64,000 bases of DNA from Octopus sinensis (GCF_006345805.1 NC_043007.1:43710001-43774000), one strand, 5' to 3'. Positions 50,105-64,000 are shown, counted from the first letter of the stretch. A program made the numbers and translations. Notes: generated by a model not told the origin, from the letters alone.

Positions 50105-50552
50105 TGTCTTTTATCATTTACTTGTTTCAGTCATTAGGCTGCGGCCGTGCTGGAGCACTGCCATGAAGAATTTTAGTCGAACGAATCGACCCCAATACTC
50201 ATTTTCTTTTTAAGCCAGGTTTCTATTCTAAATGTCTATTTTTTTTAACCGGTTAGTTACGGGGACGTAATCTAACACACCAACACCGGCTGTCAAGCGG
50301 ATGTTGGGACAAACACAGACACAAGGACACATACACATACACGTATTCACAAACACAAACACACACACATATACACACATGGACGTGTGTGTATAGATAT
50401 ATGTACAACGGTTTTCCTTCATTTCCTATCCACAAGATCCACTCACAAGGCTTTAGTCGGCCTGAACCTATAGCGGAAGACACTTGTGCAAGGTGCCATG
50501 CTAGTGGCCCGGAACCATGTGATTGGGAAGTTAACTTCTTACTACGCATCTA
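50105..50552 (-). mobile_element. SINE family B, full length
   Basis: Both halves present around an internal (CA)/(TA) tract. Confidence 0.8.
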
Positions 50553-50589
50553 CGCCTGTCCCTACACACACACACACACACACAGACAC

Positions 50590-51200
<611 letters not shown>

Positions 51201-51896
51201 CTGCGAAGCAAGATGTATCTATTTTCATCAGACAGGTGAAACCTCGAAGACCTCGAAGTGCAAGATCATAAGATAATAACATCTGCTTATGCTACTTTTT
51301 TATTTTAACATTTAACCAACGACGTAACAGTTTATCGTGATGGGGTAGAGAATTTTATAATTGGTAGATGCATCGTGGCATTTAGCTAAGTAAGTATTCG
51401 CTTTTAGTTCAAATCTTGCCAATAGGGACTATTTTTGCTAAATTCTTCGAAGTAGAAATCTGGAAAGCGGCGGCAAATTGATACAATCGTTAGAGAGTTT
51501 GATAGAATGAATCGTGATATTTGTTCAGATTCTCAGTGTTTGAAGTTCGAATTCCACCGAGGCCAACTTTGCCTTTGATCTTTTGGAAAATAAAGTTGAT
51601 GCACTTGAGGAGAGATGCGTTCTGGTGTCAGACAGAGAACTCTTCTTGGAAGAAACAAATATTATTATTTGTGAAGTGTGTAGGGCGTTATACTCGTGAT
51701 CGCGGTTTTAATTCATAGACCGGGTGTTGTGTTCTTGAGCAAAACTCTTCATCTCGAGTTGCTTTGCGATTACTTCGATACCTGACGCGTGGTACACAGT
51801 GTACCTGTTCAGACAACGTCGATTTCATGAAGGGAGTGAGCTAATGTGCTGTACGAACATTTGATCACGATAAATAAATCATTTGTGCAGGTTGTT

Positions 51897-51926
51897 TATT
51901 ATTATTATTATTATTATTATAATTAC

Positions 51927-52007
<81 letters not shown>

Positions 52008-52054
52008 TATTATTATCATCATCATCATCATCATCATCATCATTATTATTATTA

Positions 52055-52112
<58 letters not shown>

Positions 52113-52115
52113 TAC
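51897..52115. repeat. (ATT)n with internal (ATC)n
   Basis: Direct reading. Reads (AAT)n on the sense strand of the adjacent Dong-like LINE. Confidence 0.95.
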
Positions 52116-52922
52116 TAGTTGGACCCGTGAAAAACTCACGGAAGATATAAAAATTGTAAAGTATATTTGCCACTTAAATGTGGCTAACCCTTAAGGGTAG
52201 ATACTACTGTTGCCTGTAGCCCCAGGAGGACACCTCCTCTAGTTGGCTATTGACACAATTTCTGTACCTGTCAAAAGCCAGCTGGAGGAGGTGTCCTCCT
52301 GGAGCTACAAGCTACAGTATACAATATCACAATATTGTGAGGTTGTTGATTGAAGATGTTATGTTTACTGGGGGTTTGTACTGTTTGTCAAGTCACAGCA
52401 AAGACCTCAGACAGACTATTTTACGCAATGTGCGTGCAGTTCCAAGTAATGCCGACTTTTGTAATACACCTACATTGTAGGGTATTTCTAAAGTTGCTTT
52501 TCTTTTTAGAGTGGGTGGTATTGAACTCAATGCTCCGATGGCAATAGGATAACCTTTATGTTTGACTCTCGTAACTGCCATATCTTAGCGATCTCAATTC
52601 GCAAGTCTCCGTATTTATCAATCTTTTCTCTTTCTTTTATGGTAATATGTTGATCTCCTGGCGCTGCCACGTTAATTATTAGGCACTCTTGTTTGTTCCT
52701 CCCAAAGGTTACTATATCCAGCCTTCGGTGATCTAAAACGTTGTCTGTCTGGAAGTCAAAGTCCCAGAGGATTTTTGCCTTCCCCTTTTCGTTCATTACC
52801 TTTTCCACTGTATGTTGGTACCAAGCACCCGTTACCTCATATCCGTACTTACGACATAGTAGCCAGTGGAGGTTTTGGGCTACCTTGTCGTGTCTACGCT
52901 TGTACTCTTTCTGCGCAATTTA
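52116..52922 (-). mobile_element. R4/Dong-like RLE LINE 3' end
   Basis: IAQKEYKRRHDKVAQNLHW, KILWDFDFQTDNVLDHRRLDIV, IINVAAPGD, KEREKIDKYGDL, IGALSSIP, LQKSALLGTARTLRK. Confidence 0.92.
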
Positions 52923-52924
52923 AA

Positions 52925-53102
52925 GCTGGCTGAATCGTAGGCACGTCTTTACGTTCTGAGCTCATATTCCGTTGAGGTCGATTTTATCTTTCATCCTTTC
53001 GGGGTTGACAAAATAAGTAGCAATTAGGCTCTGGGGTCGACGCAATCGATTTATCTCCTAGCCTTGTACCAAAATTTAAAACCATTATTATTATTATTAT
53101 TA
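52925..53102 (+). mobile_element. SINE family A with (ATT)n tail
   Basis: gctggctgaatcgtagg...gaggtcgattttatctttcatcctttcggggttgacaaaa. Confidence 0.8.
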
Positions 53103-53385
53103 TGTCCTCAATATTCTGGTGGGTATTTGTAACTGCTCGCGACTATATCGGAATCTGAAACAATTGGCGAAATCATGTTACATGCTGATAGCAAGTGATC
53201 TTCAATTGTGAGTGGTAGCCATGTTTATATACATATATGTGTGTGCGTGGGTGTGTGTGTGCGAGCGTGTGTGTGTGTCCTATGTAAACCGTCGTGGGGT
53301 TAACCCGATTGAACAGATTCTGCGTCTGCGTAGGAAAAATTCAATGAAGTATAAAGCAAGACTATAAAAAATTCATATATTCATA

Positions 53386-53530
53386 GGCGCTGGCGTGGCT
53401 GTGTGGTAATAAGCTTGTTTTCCAACCACATGGTTCCAAATTTAGTCCCACTGCGTAGCACCTTGGGAAAGCCTTGTGAATGAATTTGTTAGTCGAAAAC
53501 TGAAGAAGCCCGTCGTATTTGCATGTATGT

Positions 53531-53621
<91 letters not shown>

Positions 53622-53836
53622 CTTTGTGTCTGTGTTTGTCCTTCTGTTTACGCTCACTGTAAATTAGCTTCTGTTTACGTCACTGTAAATTAGCGTTTCG
53701 GCAAAATGAGTCAATATAATAATTACTATGCTTAGGGAATAAGGCTTGAGGTCGATCTGTTCGACTAAAATACTTCAAGGCGGTGCTCCAGTATGGCCGT
53801 AGTCAAATGACTGAAGCGTCTAAAATAATAAAAGAG
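53386..53836 (+). mobile_element. SINE family B, full length with internal (TA)n
   Basis: Head ggcgctggcgtggctgtgtggtaa, internal (TA)n at about 53530-53620, tail aaggcggtgctccagtatggccgtagtcaaatgactgaa. Confidence 0.85.
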
Positions 53837-54879
53837 CAAAAGAATATGTATGCATGCATACATATATATTTATATCTTTATCTATCTATCTGTCATCAAA
53901 CATTTTGGTCGAAATCTCCTCTCGTCTGCATTCGTACATTCACTCACAGAAAACTCAAACAGAAATATAACAGTAACTAATGTAGTTCCTCTGAAAAAAT
54001 GACAAGTTTTATTTCTCCCTTGTTTTTTTTATAATTCCTAACATTTTTGTCACAGTATTTTCCCCACTGTCTTCTTATATTTCATTTTCTCGTCTTTCAG
54101 TTTTTCTAATTTTTATCATTCATCTTCTCTCCTCCAATATTCTACCCGAGTTAGTCACTCGATTTATTTAGTCACTTATTTAACACTTTGTCTCCATACC
54201 CTCACTTTTTAGACTCAGTTGTCTCAATTACAATCTGCCTCGTCTTCTTTGTTTAGTTATTACAACCTCGTCCATCTCACCACACATTTTCATATCATAC
54301 GCAAATTTGTCTCCCCTTCTGTCTTATATTTTTCATTTCTGTCATCCTCTTCATCCTTTGTTCACTCTTTATACCACAGTCATTTTATCCTGTTACCTCT
54401 CTAAATTCCTCCTCTCTATAGCAAAGTTTTATTTTTCTTCTTTCCACTTCTCCGTCCACTCTTACTCGTGTTATTATTTCTTTTCTAACCCTTTTTCTAT
54501 CATTCCCTATAGTCTATTGTTTGGTCGCATGATTGCCTGTCATAAAAATTACCGTCTAATGGCTATTTCTCTTTCCCCTTGTCTTCTATTCTGTCAATCG
54601 TCCATCTGTTTATCAATCTCATCTGCATTTTTTAAAGATACATTAGTCATTCTCTCTCTCTCTCTCTCTCTTTCTCTCTGTTCCCCTCCTCTCTCTCTCA
54701 CACACACATATACACACATATCTCTCGGCACAGACATACTGATTTCTCCTTTCACTGTGACAGAAAGTGGGAAACCAATCACCAAAAAAAAAGAAAGAAA
54801 TAAAGAAAACTTGACACATATCCTGTAGTTTTATAAGATAAAATGATGGTCATGACAATGGCTATTATTTTGACGATAC

Positions 54880-54985
54880 GATGAGGAAGCTGCTGCTGCT
54901 GATTATGATGATGATGACGATGACTTCGATGATGATTATGACAACGACGATAACAACTACGATGACGAGTACTGATGGTGTTGAC

Positions 54986-55033
<48 letters not shown>

Positions 55034-55080
55034 GGTGGTGATGGTGGTGGTGATGGTGATGGTGATGATGATAATGATTG
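54880..55080. repeat. Compound (CTG)/(ATG)/(GGT) trinucleotide repeats
   Basis: Direct reading. Confidence 0.9.
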
Positions 55081-55400
55081 CAGTTATGTACACTATGTTA
55101 ATGATATTATTTCTGCCTTCTGTTTGGCACGATTGATTCCAGCTCTTGTCATTTCTCCTATTTGAATCACTGATAAGCCGGACGTAACTATTTTTATTTT
55201 AGCAACGTTTATCTCTGAATAACTGGCCATTTGATACACCACATATTACATTATCAATTTCCTCTAATTCATTTTATGCCGTTTGTTAGAAGTGAAGTGC
55301 TAACTGGTGGGCAGTTGCTTTTGCAATTCGCTGCATTAGTGTATGTATGTATGCGTATACACACGTGCGCGCGCGTGCACATACAAAGTATGTATGTGTC

Positions 55401-55439
<39 letters not shown>

Positions 55440-55814
55440 TCATTCACATGTATATATATATGTGTTTATGTATATATGTACATATGTATATGCATGTATA
55501 TATACGTATATATGTGTATATGCATGCGCCTGCATACATACCTACATACACACACACGCACGCACACACACACACATATATATATATATATAGAGAGAGA
55601 TATATATATATATATAGATATAGATACATGTATACACACTCATACATACACAAGGCACACATATATCTTACATCTTTTGCTGTTCTTTTTACTTTGTATT
55701 TTTACTTTACATTTCTTTTTACTTTACATTTTTTTTGCTGTTGTTTTGCTTTGTTGTCATGTTTTGGCTATTAATGGATTTCTAGCTTAAGTATAATTAC
55801 ATTTATTAAAAAAT

Positions 55815-56030
55815 TGGCTTCAAATGTTGGCACAAAGCCAGCAAGTTAGGGGAAGGAGGCTAGTCGATTGCATTTACCTCAGTGTTCAACTGGTACTTAT
55901 TTTATCGACCTCGAAAAGATGAAAGGCAAAGTTGACCTCGTCGGAATTTGAACATAAGGACGGACAAAATACCGCTAAGCATTTTGTCCGGAGCGGTAGC
56001 GATTCTGCCAGCTCGCCATCTTCATTTGTA
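55815..56030 (-). mobile_element. SINE family A
   Basis: ctggtacttattttatcgacctcgaaaagatgaaaggcaaagttgacctcg. Confidence 0.8.
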
Positions 56031-56151
56031 ATAAAATAGTATGTAAACAAAAATAGATATAACAACTTAATTAATTTATTCATTAGTATGCAGGTCTTAC
56101 ATTTAATGCATGGAACAGAAACTCGAGGATGTACTGATAAAAAATAAAAAA

Positions 56152-56400
56152 ACAAATGCGCCCTTTTTAAAGCCTAGCCAGACGCATAGGCCCGGTTTCC
56201 CAGTTTCTAGGGCGTATGTGTTCCCCACCTGGACGGGACGCCAGTCCATCGCAGGGTTACTAATTTTTGCCAGCTGTTACTGGAGCAACGTGAAATGAAG
56301 TATTTTGCTTAAGAACACAACGCGTCGCCCGGTCCAGGATTCGAAACCACAACCTTACGATCATGGTGCTGACACCCTAACCACTAAGCCACGTGCCTCC
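56152..56400 (-). mobile_element. SINE family C (tRNA head, V-domain-like)
   Basis: ggaggcacgtggcttagtggttagggtgtcagcaccatgatcgtaaggttgtggtttcgaatcctggaccgg...gttgtgttcttaagcaaaatacttc. Confidence 0.8.
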
Positions 56401-56699
56401 ACTGTACTGATAAACGTAACTCTAAAGTATTACACTAACTCTTAGTAAGGTTAAATAATTAATTTATTTCATACGGTGTTGTTCATCTTTTGTAACGTTA
56501 GGTCAAATCTGACAGAGGAGACCTTGTAGACGTTCGTTGTCGGCCGAAAGAATAGTCACGATCCAGAGATCAAGACTTTCAGATATGCGATAATATCACA
56601 TAGTGATATACAACACATTCCATCATGCGTTGAAGAATTGAATTGTGTGCAGTGTTGCTGTCTAGACATATTATAGTCACTCTACAGTCAAGTTTATGC

Positions 56700-57250
56700 A
56701 TGTACTACTTGTTGAGTTAGGAGGAAGAAGTGGAGACTATGACACCATGCTCGTTGCAGACCCTCCGAGACAAGTGAAATTGACGCTGTTAATGTCCTGT
56801 TAAAACTATTGTAGGCCAAGAACTGCAGGAAAGAAATGAGCATGGAGAAGATTCCAGAGGGCCAATGTTGTGGGGAGGAAGGATTGGAAATAGAAGTTGG
56901 TGCGGAGAAAGGCGAGTTGGATGTACTAAGAAGGACAAGAGGTGGAGAGATCAATGGATCTGGGATATCTGGAGTGAAGTTTTGAGATCAGTTAGAGCCA
57001 AAGAGTAGAGATCGTTAGAGTAGCAATAGAATGATTCCAAAGAAATGAGACAGCATTCAACGGGGGTTTGATGTTAGTGCGTCTCCATTAGCGATGGCGT
57101 AATGACAACCGAATTGTCATATTCTGGGCGTGATCCAGAGTATCAGAGTTCGTAGCAGCAGCATCCCAGATACGGTCGCAATACTTCCTTGTGGCTATGA
57201 CTTCAGAGTTGTGGAGTGTCGCAGGCTGTACACCTGTTGTTGGTGCTATT
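56700..57250 (-). mobile_element. CR1-group LINE 3' end, degraded
   Basis: YCDRIWDAAATNSDTLDHAQNMTIRL and RTNFYFQSFLPTTLALWNLL...F*QDINSV. Same family type as 46620-47400. Confidence 0.7.
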
Positions 57251-57269
57251 GCTGTTGCTGCCGAATACA

Positions 57270-57443
57270 TGGAAGGGGTTAAATCGATTACATTGAGCCT
57301 AGTCTTCAACTAGTACTTATTTTATCAATTCCGAAAGAATGAAAACAAAGTCGACCTTGTCTGAATTTGAACTCAGAGCCTAAATAACGACGAAATACCG
57401 CTAAGCATTTTGCCCGGCGTGATAAAAATTCTGCCAGCAATCC

Positions 57444-57445
<2 letters not shown>
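57270..57445 (-). mobile_element. SINE family A, head abutting (ATT)n
   Basis: ccgaaagaatgaaaacaaagtcgaccttgtctgaatttgaactcagag. Confidence 0.8.
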
Positions 57446-57512
<67 letters not shown>

Positions 57513-58009
57513 GGATAATAATAATAACAACAACAACACAACAACAACAATAATACCAGAAAGTGGCTCTCATAGTTTTTGATCTTAACTGACTGGAAGT
57601 GTTATCATGTACATTGATTTGTCTTAGTATAAAAGATGGGCTGCACCAAATACTCGGCTCAATCCAACAGAATTGCTCGTCAGTTTCTTGACCTTAACCA
57701 GTTGAGCATGTCCCTTAGTGGCTGACGATAGGTGCATCTCTGACCACGAGTAGAAGTAGCGGGGGAGCATCATAGCCATGTGTCGAGAAGAATTCTTTGG
57801 AGTTTGAATAATTCACCTTTGGGAACATGGGTGTTTCCTTCATTTTCCTTAAACAAATTTTATTCAGGGACCTTTTGAGCAGGACGGGGCATTCGACCTA
57901 AAGAAAATTCTAACTGGGTCCCATCTGCCTGGTCATGTGCTGTTTATCTTGATATGAGATCACCATGTCGCGTACATATGGCTGTGATGCACGTGCCTGT
58001 AGATATAAA

Positions 58010-58565
58010 GTAGATATAGATTCCTATGTAGGTAATAGTGAAGTAAGTTTATTAATGACTGCTAGAGTTACAGCAAGACATAGGGATACCAAAAACCCAA
58101 ACGAACTTAAAAACCAGAAAAAAGAACAAGTTATCTGACTGGCAGGAGAAGGCTTTGCATGGTAGATTCCCAAAGATAGCTGCAGCAAATAGTAGTAGTG
58201 AGACATGATTATGGTTGCGGAAAGGAAGGATGAAAAGGGAGACAAAAAGTTTGTTAATAGCAGCACAAAATCAAACATTAAGGACCAATTGGATAAAAGC
58301 CAAGATAGACAAAAACCAAGTAGACTCTCAATTTAGGCTATGTAAAAAAGGTAAGCATTACTCACATAGTGAATGTAGCATGCTGGCACATAAAGAACAC
58401 AAGAAAAGACATGACAACCAAGGAAGAGTAATCCACTGGGAATTTGAACATACTGACAAATGATATGAACATGAACCTAGTAAAGTACTAGAAAGTAAGA
58501 AATATAAGATGCTGTGGGACTTAACTTTCAGACTGACAAAGTAATAGAAGCTAGAAGACCTGATT

Positions 58566-58637
<72 letters not shown>

Positions 58638-58755
58638 CAGCAGTAGTAGTAGACAAAGAGAATTGTCAAAGTGCCAGATAATTGACGTTACAGTCCCAAA
58701 CTATGAAAATATTAATATGAGAGTTATAGAAAAAATAGCAAAGTACCAGGACCTA
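58010..58755 (+). mobile_element. R4/Dong-like LINE C-terminal fragment
   Basis: WQEKALHGRF, KRETKSLLIAAQNQTLRTNWIKAKIDK, KKRHDNQGRVIHW, MLWDLTFQTDKVIEARRPDLV, QIIDVTVP, EKIAKYQDL. Confidence 0.9.
58567..58651. repeat. (TAG/GTA)n expanded inside the Dong-like ORF
   Basis: Sits between codons for RPDL and VDKE. Confidence 0.9.
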
Positions 58756-58789
58756 TAATCGTTAACGATTCTACCAGCTCGCCACCTTC

Positions 58790-58851
<62 letters not shown>

Positions 58852-58870
58852 GATGATGATGATGATGATG

Positions 58871-58920
<50 letters not shown>

Positions 58921-59007
58921 CAGCTGGTCAATATGACAAAAGTAATATTACTGCCAATATTCGATTTTTTCTTTCATACAATTATGATAGAATTAAATAG
59001 TGGACTG

Positions 59008-59061
<54 letters not shown>

Positions 59062-60650
59062 CACACACACACACATAATGTCCTGCGTGCAGCCCATGAA
59101 TTATTACCGAATACAATGAAAGTTATAAAGTTGAAAATGAATGACGCACTGATGGAACTCTGAAAATTAAATTGCTTAAAATATAGGTATTTTATTAATC
59201 TCATACAAATGGACAATTTTAATTTTGTTATTTTGCAAATGTAATTAGTAATTGATAATTAATTAGCGCATTCATAAATTGAACTTTGTTACAAACAACG
59301 TTAAGTTAATTATCTTTTGTGAACTTCCTTTCGAAATAGGAAATTGTACTATGACAAAAAAAAATTAGAGAAACACTGAAGCCGTAGATCAGGAAACGTT
59401 CGGAACTCACGTGGGAGCATGCGCACGCACGCAAACACACGCGCGCACACACTACATGTTTAAAAATTTAAGAGAACGTTTTTTAATATCGCAGTATTTG
59501 AAAAAAATTATGTTTAAAAATGAAAACAAAAGATTTTTGTAAGAGGACAGATTAACAAAAACCCTGAAGAAGATATGAAGAACACCGCCACACACACAGT
59601 CACATAAACATATACATACATACACACGTACATATATAGTAAATTTATATACACGCATATAGTAATACATATATAGAGCACTGTTCCATTACATGTAGGA
59701 GCAGTAATCCTACTCATCCATTCAGTGAGAAATAATATAATTTAATAAACACAGGATTGAGCTGTCGGCCGCAATAAGTTTCATTCTCTGGTAGTACGAT
59801 AGTCGGATGAGCTTGTATAGGGTGTCACAGAGATGCAAACTTTTTATAGCCGAACGAAAACATAAGCGTTTTAAATCTAAGAATACCACCGACCCACTGA
59901 ATTCTAGATCCTGAACTTTCACTAAATGCAAGTATCTCGACAAGTTTCTATTACCGAACTGCAGAACGCCACCCTTTCCGGATTAGACATACAATCTCAT
60001 AAAATTTAACCTTTTCCCGTCGAGTTAACCACACCAACTATTGTTAATTCCCATTATAAAGGACCAATGGGACACAACTCATATTTCCCTTCTCTCCTTT
60101 TTTCGTTACATTTTTCACAACCGTTGGAGCACGAAGAGCTCCGCACGAACGCAAATTCGTAAGATGGTTGTGATCTGTAAACAGTTTTGAGTAAGAACCG
60201 GAAAAAGAAGTATGAACACGCAATGCGCATGTGCACACTGAATTTGTAAAACGAAAGAGCAAAATAAAAACAATGTCAAACAAGTTATATGATGGTTTGC
60301 ATGCCAAGTCTGACAGCACTATCATGCAGCTTTACTGCAATCCTCTTGTTTTTAAATTAGGTTAAGAACTTAGCTCTATACTTAGTAGACAGAGGAAACA
60401 TGCTATATATTGTAGATAAAAAGTATTTGCGTTACCATTGTGTCTCCGAAGACAGTAGAATTGTATTCAATGTTATGTGGTTACGATATGATATCTCTAT
60501 GATTTTTCATTCTCGCTGCGAGTTAAATTGCTTATTACCTTCCATCCTCACAACTGTTCGTTGACACTGGTACACACATATACATATATTCACAGATGCA
60601 CATGCATGACAACTGTATAAGCATCCTTAGCAAATAAATATATCTACATG

Positions 60651-61408
60651 TATTGGTTCATCCCATAAATAATGCGGTTTTTTCAACTGCATGAAATAAA
60701 AGTCGAAGGGGGAGGGGAGAAACTACCTGCATCAACTTGCTATAAAAGCAGGTAGTAATTTTACCTTGTCCTTATTCTCAGTGCAAGTTTTGAAGCGTTG
60801 CAGTTCGATTTTAACAGCTATTTTTTCAAAGCTATAATGGAAGTGACAAAGAAGCATATTGGGCATATTTTGCTTTATGAGTTCAATAAAGGTAACAACG
60901 CAATGGAAAGTGCGAGGAATATTAATGCAGTGTATGGGGGACCGGACAATAAGCGTAAGCCAGTGTCAACGGTGATCCCAGAAATTCCGAGCCGGAAACT
61001 ATAGCCTAGAAGACGAGCCTCATCCTGGAAGATCTGTAGAGCTCGACGAGGACGTCCTGCAAAACCTGGTGGAACAAAATCCCATAGTAACTGCTGAGAA
61101 ACTAGCAGAGAAGCTTGGATCGACAACTGCGTGCCATCGTAAAAGTCAGCAAATTGGGTCACGGTTCCCTCACAAACTTACCGAGTCTAATCACGTGCAG
61201 AGAGGGAATGTGCGCTCTTCTTTGCTGTCGCATCGCACAGATGAACCTTTTCTGGGCAGAATAAAGACTGGTGATGAGAAATGGGTTCTCTATAAAAATG
61301 TCAAGCGCCAAAGACAGTGGGTAGGGAAATAAGAATTACAGGCACCCCAGACTAAAGGTTTTTACCCACGTACGGTATTATTATCTGTTTGGTGGGATAT
61401 GAAAGGTT
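60651..61408 (+). mobile_element. Mariner 5' half (left TIR plus HTH to first catalytic D)
   Basis: TIR-like tattggttcatcccataaataatgcgg. MEVTKKHIGHILLYEFNKGNNA, LEDEPHPGR, FPHKLT, IKTGDEKWVLYKN, LLSVWWDMKG. Confidence 0.9.
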
Positions 61409-61409
61409 T

Positions 61410-62262
61410 TCTAGAAGCATTTCTTATCTTACCTGATGCTCCCTTGTCATTAGCAGGACTTCTAGTCGTATTATTCTTGTATCTATTCAGTATATTTCTA
61501 TTAAAGTTCGGATGATTCGAATTTGGAGCTTTAATAATCGCTACATTATGTCTCCAGTAGTCTTATTCTGATTTGTGTATAGAATAGAAAAAAACAGGTG
61601 GGACTTTTTACTAATGTTCCATAGTTCTGGGGACGTACCGATCCTTATGGTAATTTTTCCTTGTTCTTCGAGAGGTTTTTACTTAATTTATCATTGAAGC
61701 TATCTCTTTTCGTTGTTTCATTACAATATTCAGCATTATCATTAAATAATTATTCATTAGCTGATAATTAAAATCTCTAAAGAATTCGTTTAGTCTTTTG
61801 CGAAGTATTTCTAAAGGAGAAGGCATTTAACAAAACATCATCCTTCTATAATCCTCCATGAAAGTCCTAAAAAAATCAGTAACCTGGGTTAAGTCTGATG
61901 AACCCATTAGTGTTTAAGTCTTATGACAATAAAGTTCTTCATTGAAGTATTTTCTTGACATTATGTTGATTTTGTCCTTAAGATTAGTGTAACTAACGAG
62001 ATGTATATTAGAGATTCATTTATAGAGTTAGGTGAAATTAATGAACAATCATTGTCAATGCCAAATAGAAATGGAGAAGATGTGTTAATTTTCTAACATT
62101 TTGTGTTGTGAAAGTACTTCGAATATATAGGATATGTTATATATATTTTTTGATTTCTGGAATAATTATTTTCAATATTCCGTTGCTAATTCTACTCAGA
62201 TCGATTGGGAACAACAGTCAGGATTGTGTCAAAATTTACTTTATGGTCCTTCAAATAAAAAC
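61410..62262 (-). mobile_element. PLE RT remnant (Naiad-like type), degraded
   Basis: YLKDHKVNF, an NFYPSI-like segment, a frameshifted LYR-DD motif and SNHP, in the correct order. Confidence 0.6.
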
Positions 62263-62371
62263 TTGACTATTTAAGAATAAAATGTTTGTGAGTGTGTGTG
62301 CGTATGTGTTTATCGGTGTGTGTAGTCATGTGTCTGCGCGTATATATATCTATATATATAAGTAGAAAATA

Positions 62372-63110
62372 TTAATAATAATATATAATAATAATAATAA
62401 TAATAATGAAATTATTGTATACAGTGCTCAGGTGCACCACGATCTGTCAAAAAGTGCGTATAAAGTATATGCAGTAATGTACAAATGTCTGGAAAGTGAA
62501 CAGTGTATGAATCAGATACATGCTTGCGTGTGTATGGAGGGGAGGAAATCAGGTGTAGTATTGGCGAATCTCAGGAAGCATGAAAGTTTTGAAGGATGCA
62601 GTGCTCCGACAACTAACAATTGATGCCGGCAGTTTGTTCCATACTTCAGCAACTCTTAGCGTGAAAAAATGTTTCCGAAAGTCATGGGAGCTGTGCTGTT
62701 TTCTGACTTTGTAAACAAGTCCGCAGGTGTTAGACAGGTGGAGTTTGAAAAGGTGCTCAGAGTTATTGTTTGTAAGATGGTTAATAATTTTATGGGTGTC
62801 TGCCAAGTCAGCTGCCAGACGTCGGAGTTTCAATGTATCCATGCCCAGGGAAATAAGGCGTTCAGAATATGGCAAATGCCTAATGGAGGGTATTATCTTG
62901 GCTGCACGTCGCTGAACGGCTTCCAGACGATTAATATCCTGGGCAAGATAGGGGTTGCAAATTCCAGGTGAGGTCGCACCATAGCTATATAAAGCCGCAG
63001 ATAGATAGGCGGAGAACGGTTCACAAAGGACTTGGTGAGTAATGCCAAAGTAATTATTGACACTACGAATGCATTTCAAGTGGTTACGTAACAAATTGTT
63101 GCGTAAATAT
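62372..63110 (-). mobile_element. CR1-group LINE 3' end with (ATT)n tail
   Basis: DINRLEAVQRRAAKIIP, LRRLAADL, FFTLRVAEVWNKLP. Confidence 0.9.
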
Positions 63111-63544
63111 CACTGACACCATCCCATTGCAATCGAAATACATAGGTGGAGTCAAGTCTGCCTTATTTAAAAGAAGCATACGTTCAGGAAAAGATCATAC
63201 AAAGTCAAAGAAATTAAGAGAGAAAGAAAAAAAGAGAAAAAGATAAGAGACAAATGCTGGACAAATATTTAAGAATAAAGTAAAAATAAGAAACAGATAA
63301 ATAAAGGAATAAGTGGATGAATTGGCAATAAACGTTAGCTGTAGAAAGAGGGCGAGGAAAGACAGTGAATAGGGCAGGTGCGGAAATGATACTGTGTTGT
63401 CTTTGACGAGAAACTCACGAGTGAAGAGAGTTCGGTGAAGAATACAATTCTTCGCACCCCACAGATCCAGTCGCCTTCAAACCGTCCTACTAGAACTCTC
63501 GATTGACCTCGGCCCTTTTTTTTTTGGAGGCGGGGGAATTCTCG

Positions 63545-63852
63545 ATACTCAATACCGCGTTTCCGGGGGTAACGCTAATGGCAGTTCTTCCAGATCGTTC
63601 ATCGTCTTCCGCTTTTGAGACGCCCGTACCACACAAAACATTGCGTACGATCCATTGCCTAGTCACAGTAAGCTTGCCGAAGCATGCACAATGCCTCTGG
63701 AGCAGGCTTTCCGAGTTTAACGCAAAATTTCACATTGGCTGTTTGTTCCTTCCCATGACAAAATCGCAGACAACAGCATACACGTGATCACAGCTTGCGA
63801 AGTAAACACAGCACATTGCCTCATGAAGGTCATTGCTATCTCTCACTGCGCA
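63545..63852 (-). mobile_element. Mariner N-terminal fragment, same family as 5630-6516
   Basis: EQTANVKFCVKLGKPAPEALCMLRQAY...MDRTQCF, EDDERSGR. Shares atcacgtgtatgctgt with 5728-5743. Confidence 0.85.
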
Positions 63853-63952
63853 CACAGACACATATATATATAAGTATATATATGTAAATATACATATATA
63901 TACATACACACATATATTTAAATATATAAGTATATATACATATATAAGTATG

Positions 63953-64000
<48 letters not shown>

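Noticed and set aside
57560-58010. Sequence that looks like a dispersed repeat body
   Set aside because: Single copy in this window with no diagnostic termini, so it cannot be classified without a search.

Overview
Eukaryotic, AT-rich, microsatellite-saturated DNA with no confidently identifiable host gene. The repeat make-up suggests an octopod cephalopod (inference, not verified). Every coding-like segment I can assign belongs to a transposable element. These include a stop-free 5'-truncated Penelope-like element (PLE; RT plus GIY-YIG, 7591-9690), further PLE RT remnants, a stop-free 5'-truncated CR1-group RT ORF (33701-35107), and RTE, R4/Dong-like, Tx1-like and other CR1-group LINE fragments. 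There is also a Ty3/Gypsy integrase remnant, four mariner copies, one maT-like Tc1/mariner, a non-autonomous Helitron and many tRNA-derived SINEs of at least three families (my labels A, B, C). The most interesting layer is a set of minimal hammerhead-ribozyme (HHR) motifs from several unrelated PLE-type terminal repeats, most of them close to (TA)n arrays. They include a repeated CUGUUGA core variant, a (TA)n-flanked foldback carrying two HHRs, and a small direct-repeat-bounded non-coding element. Coordinates of degraded elements are approximate. No database search was possible.
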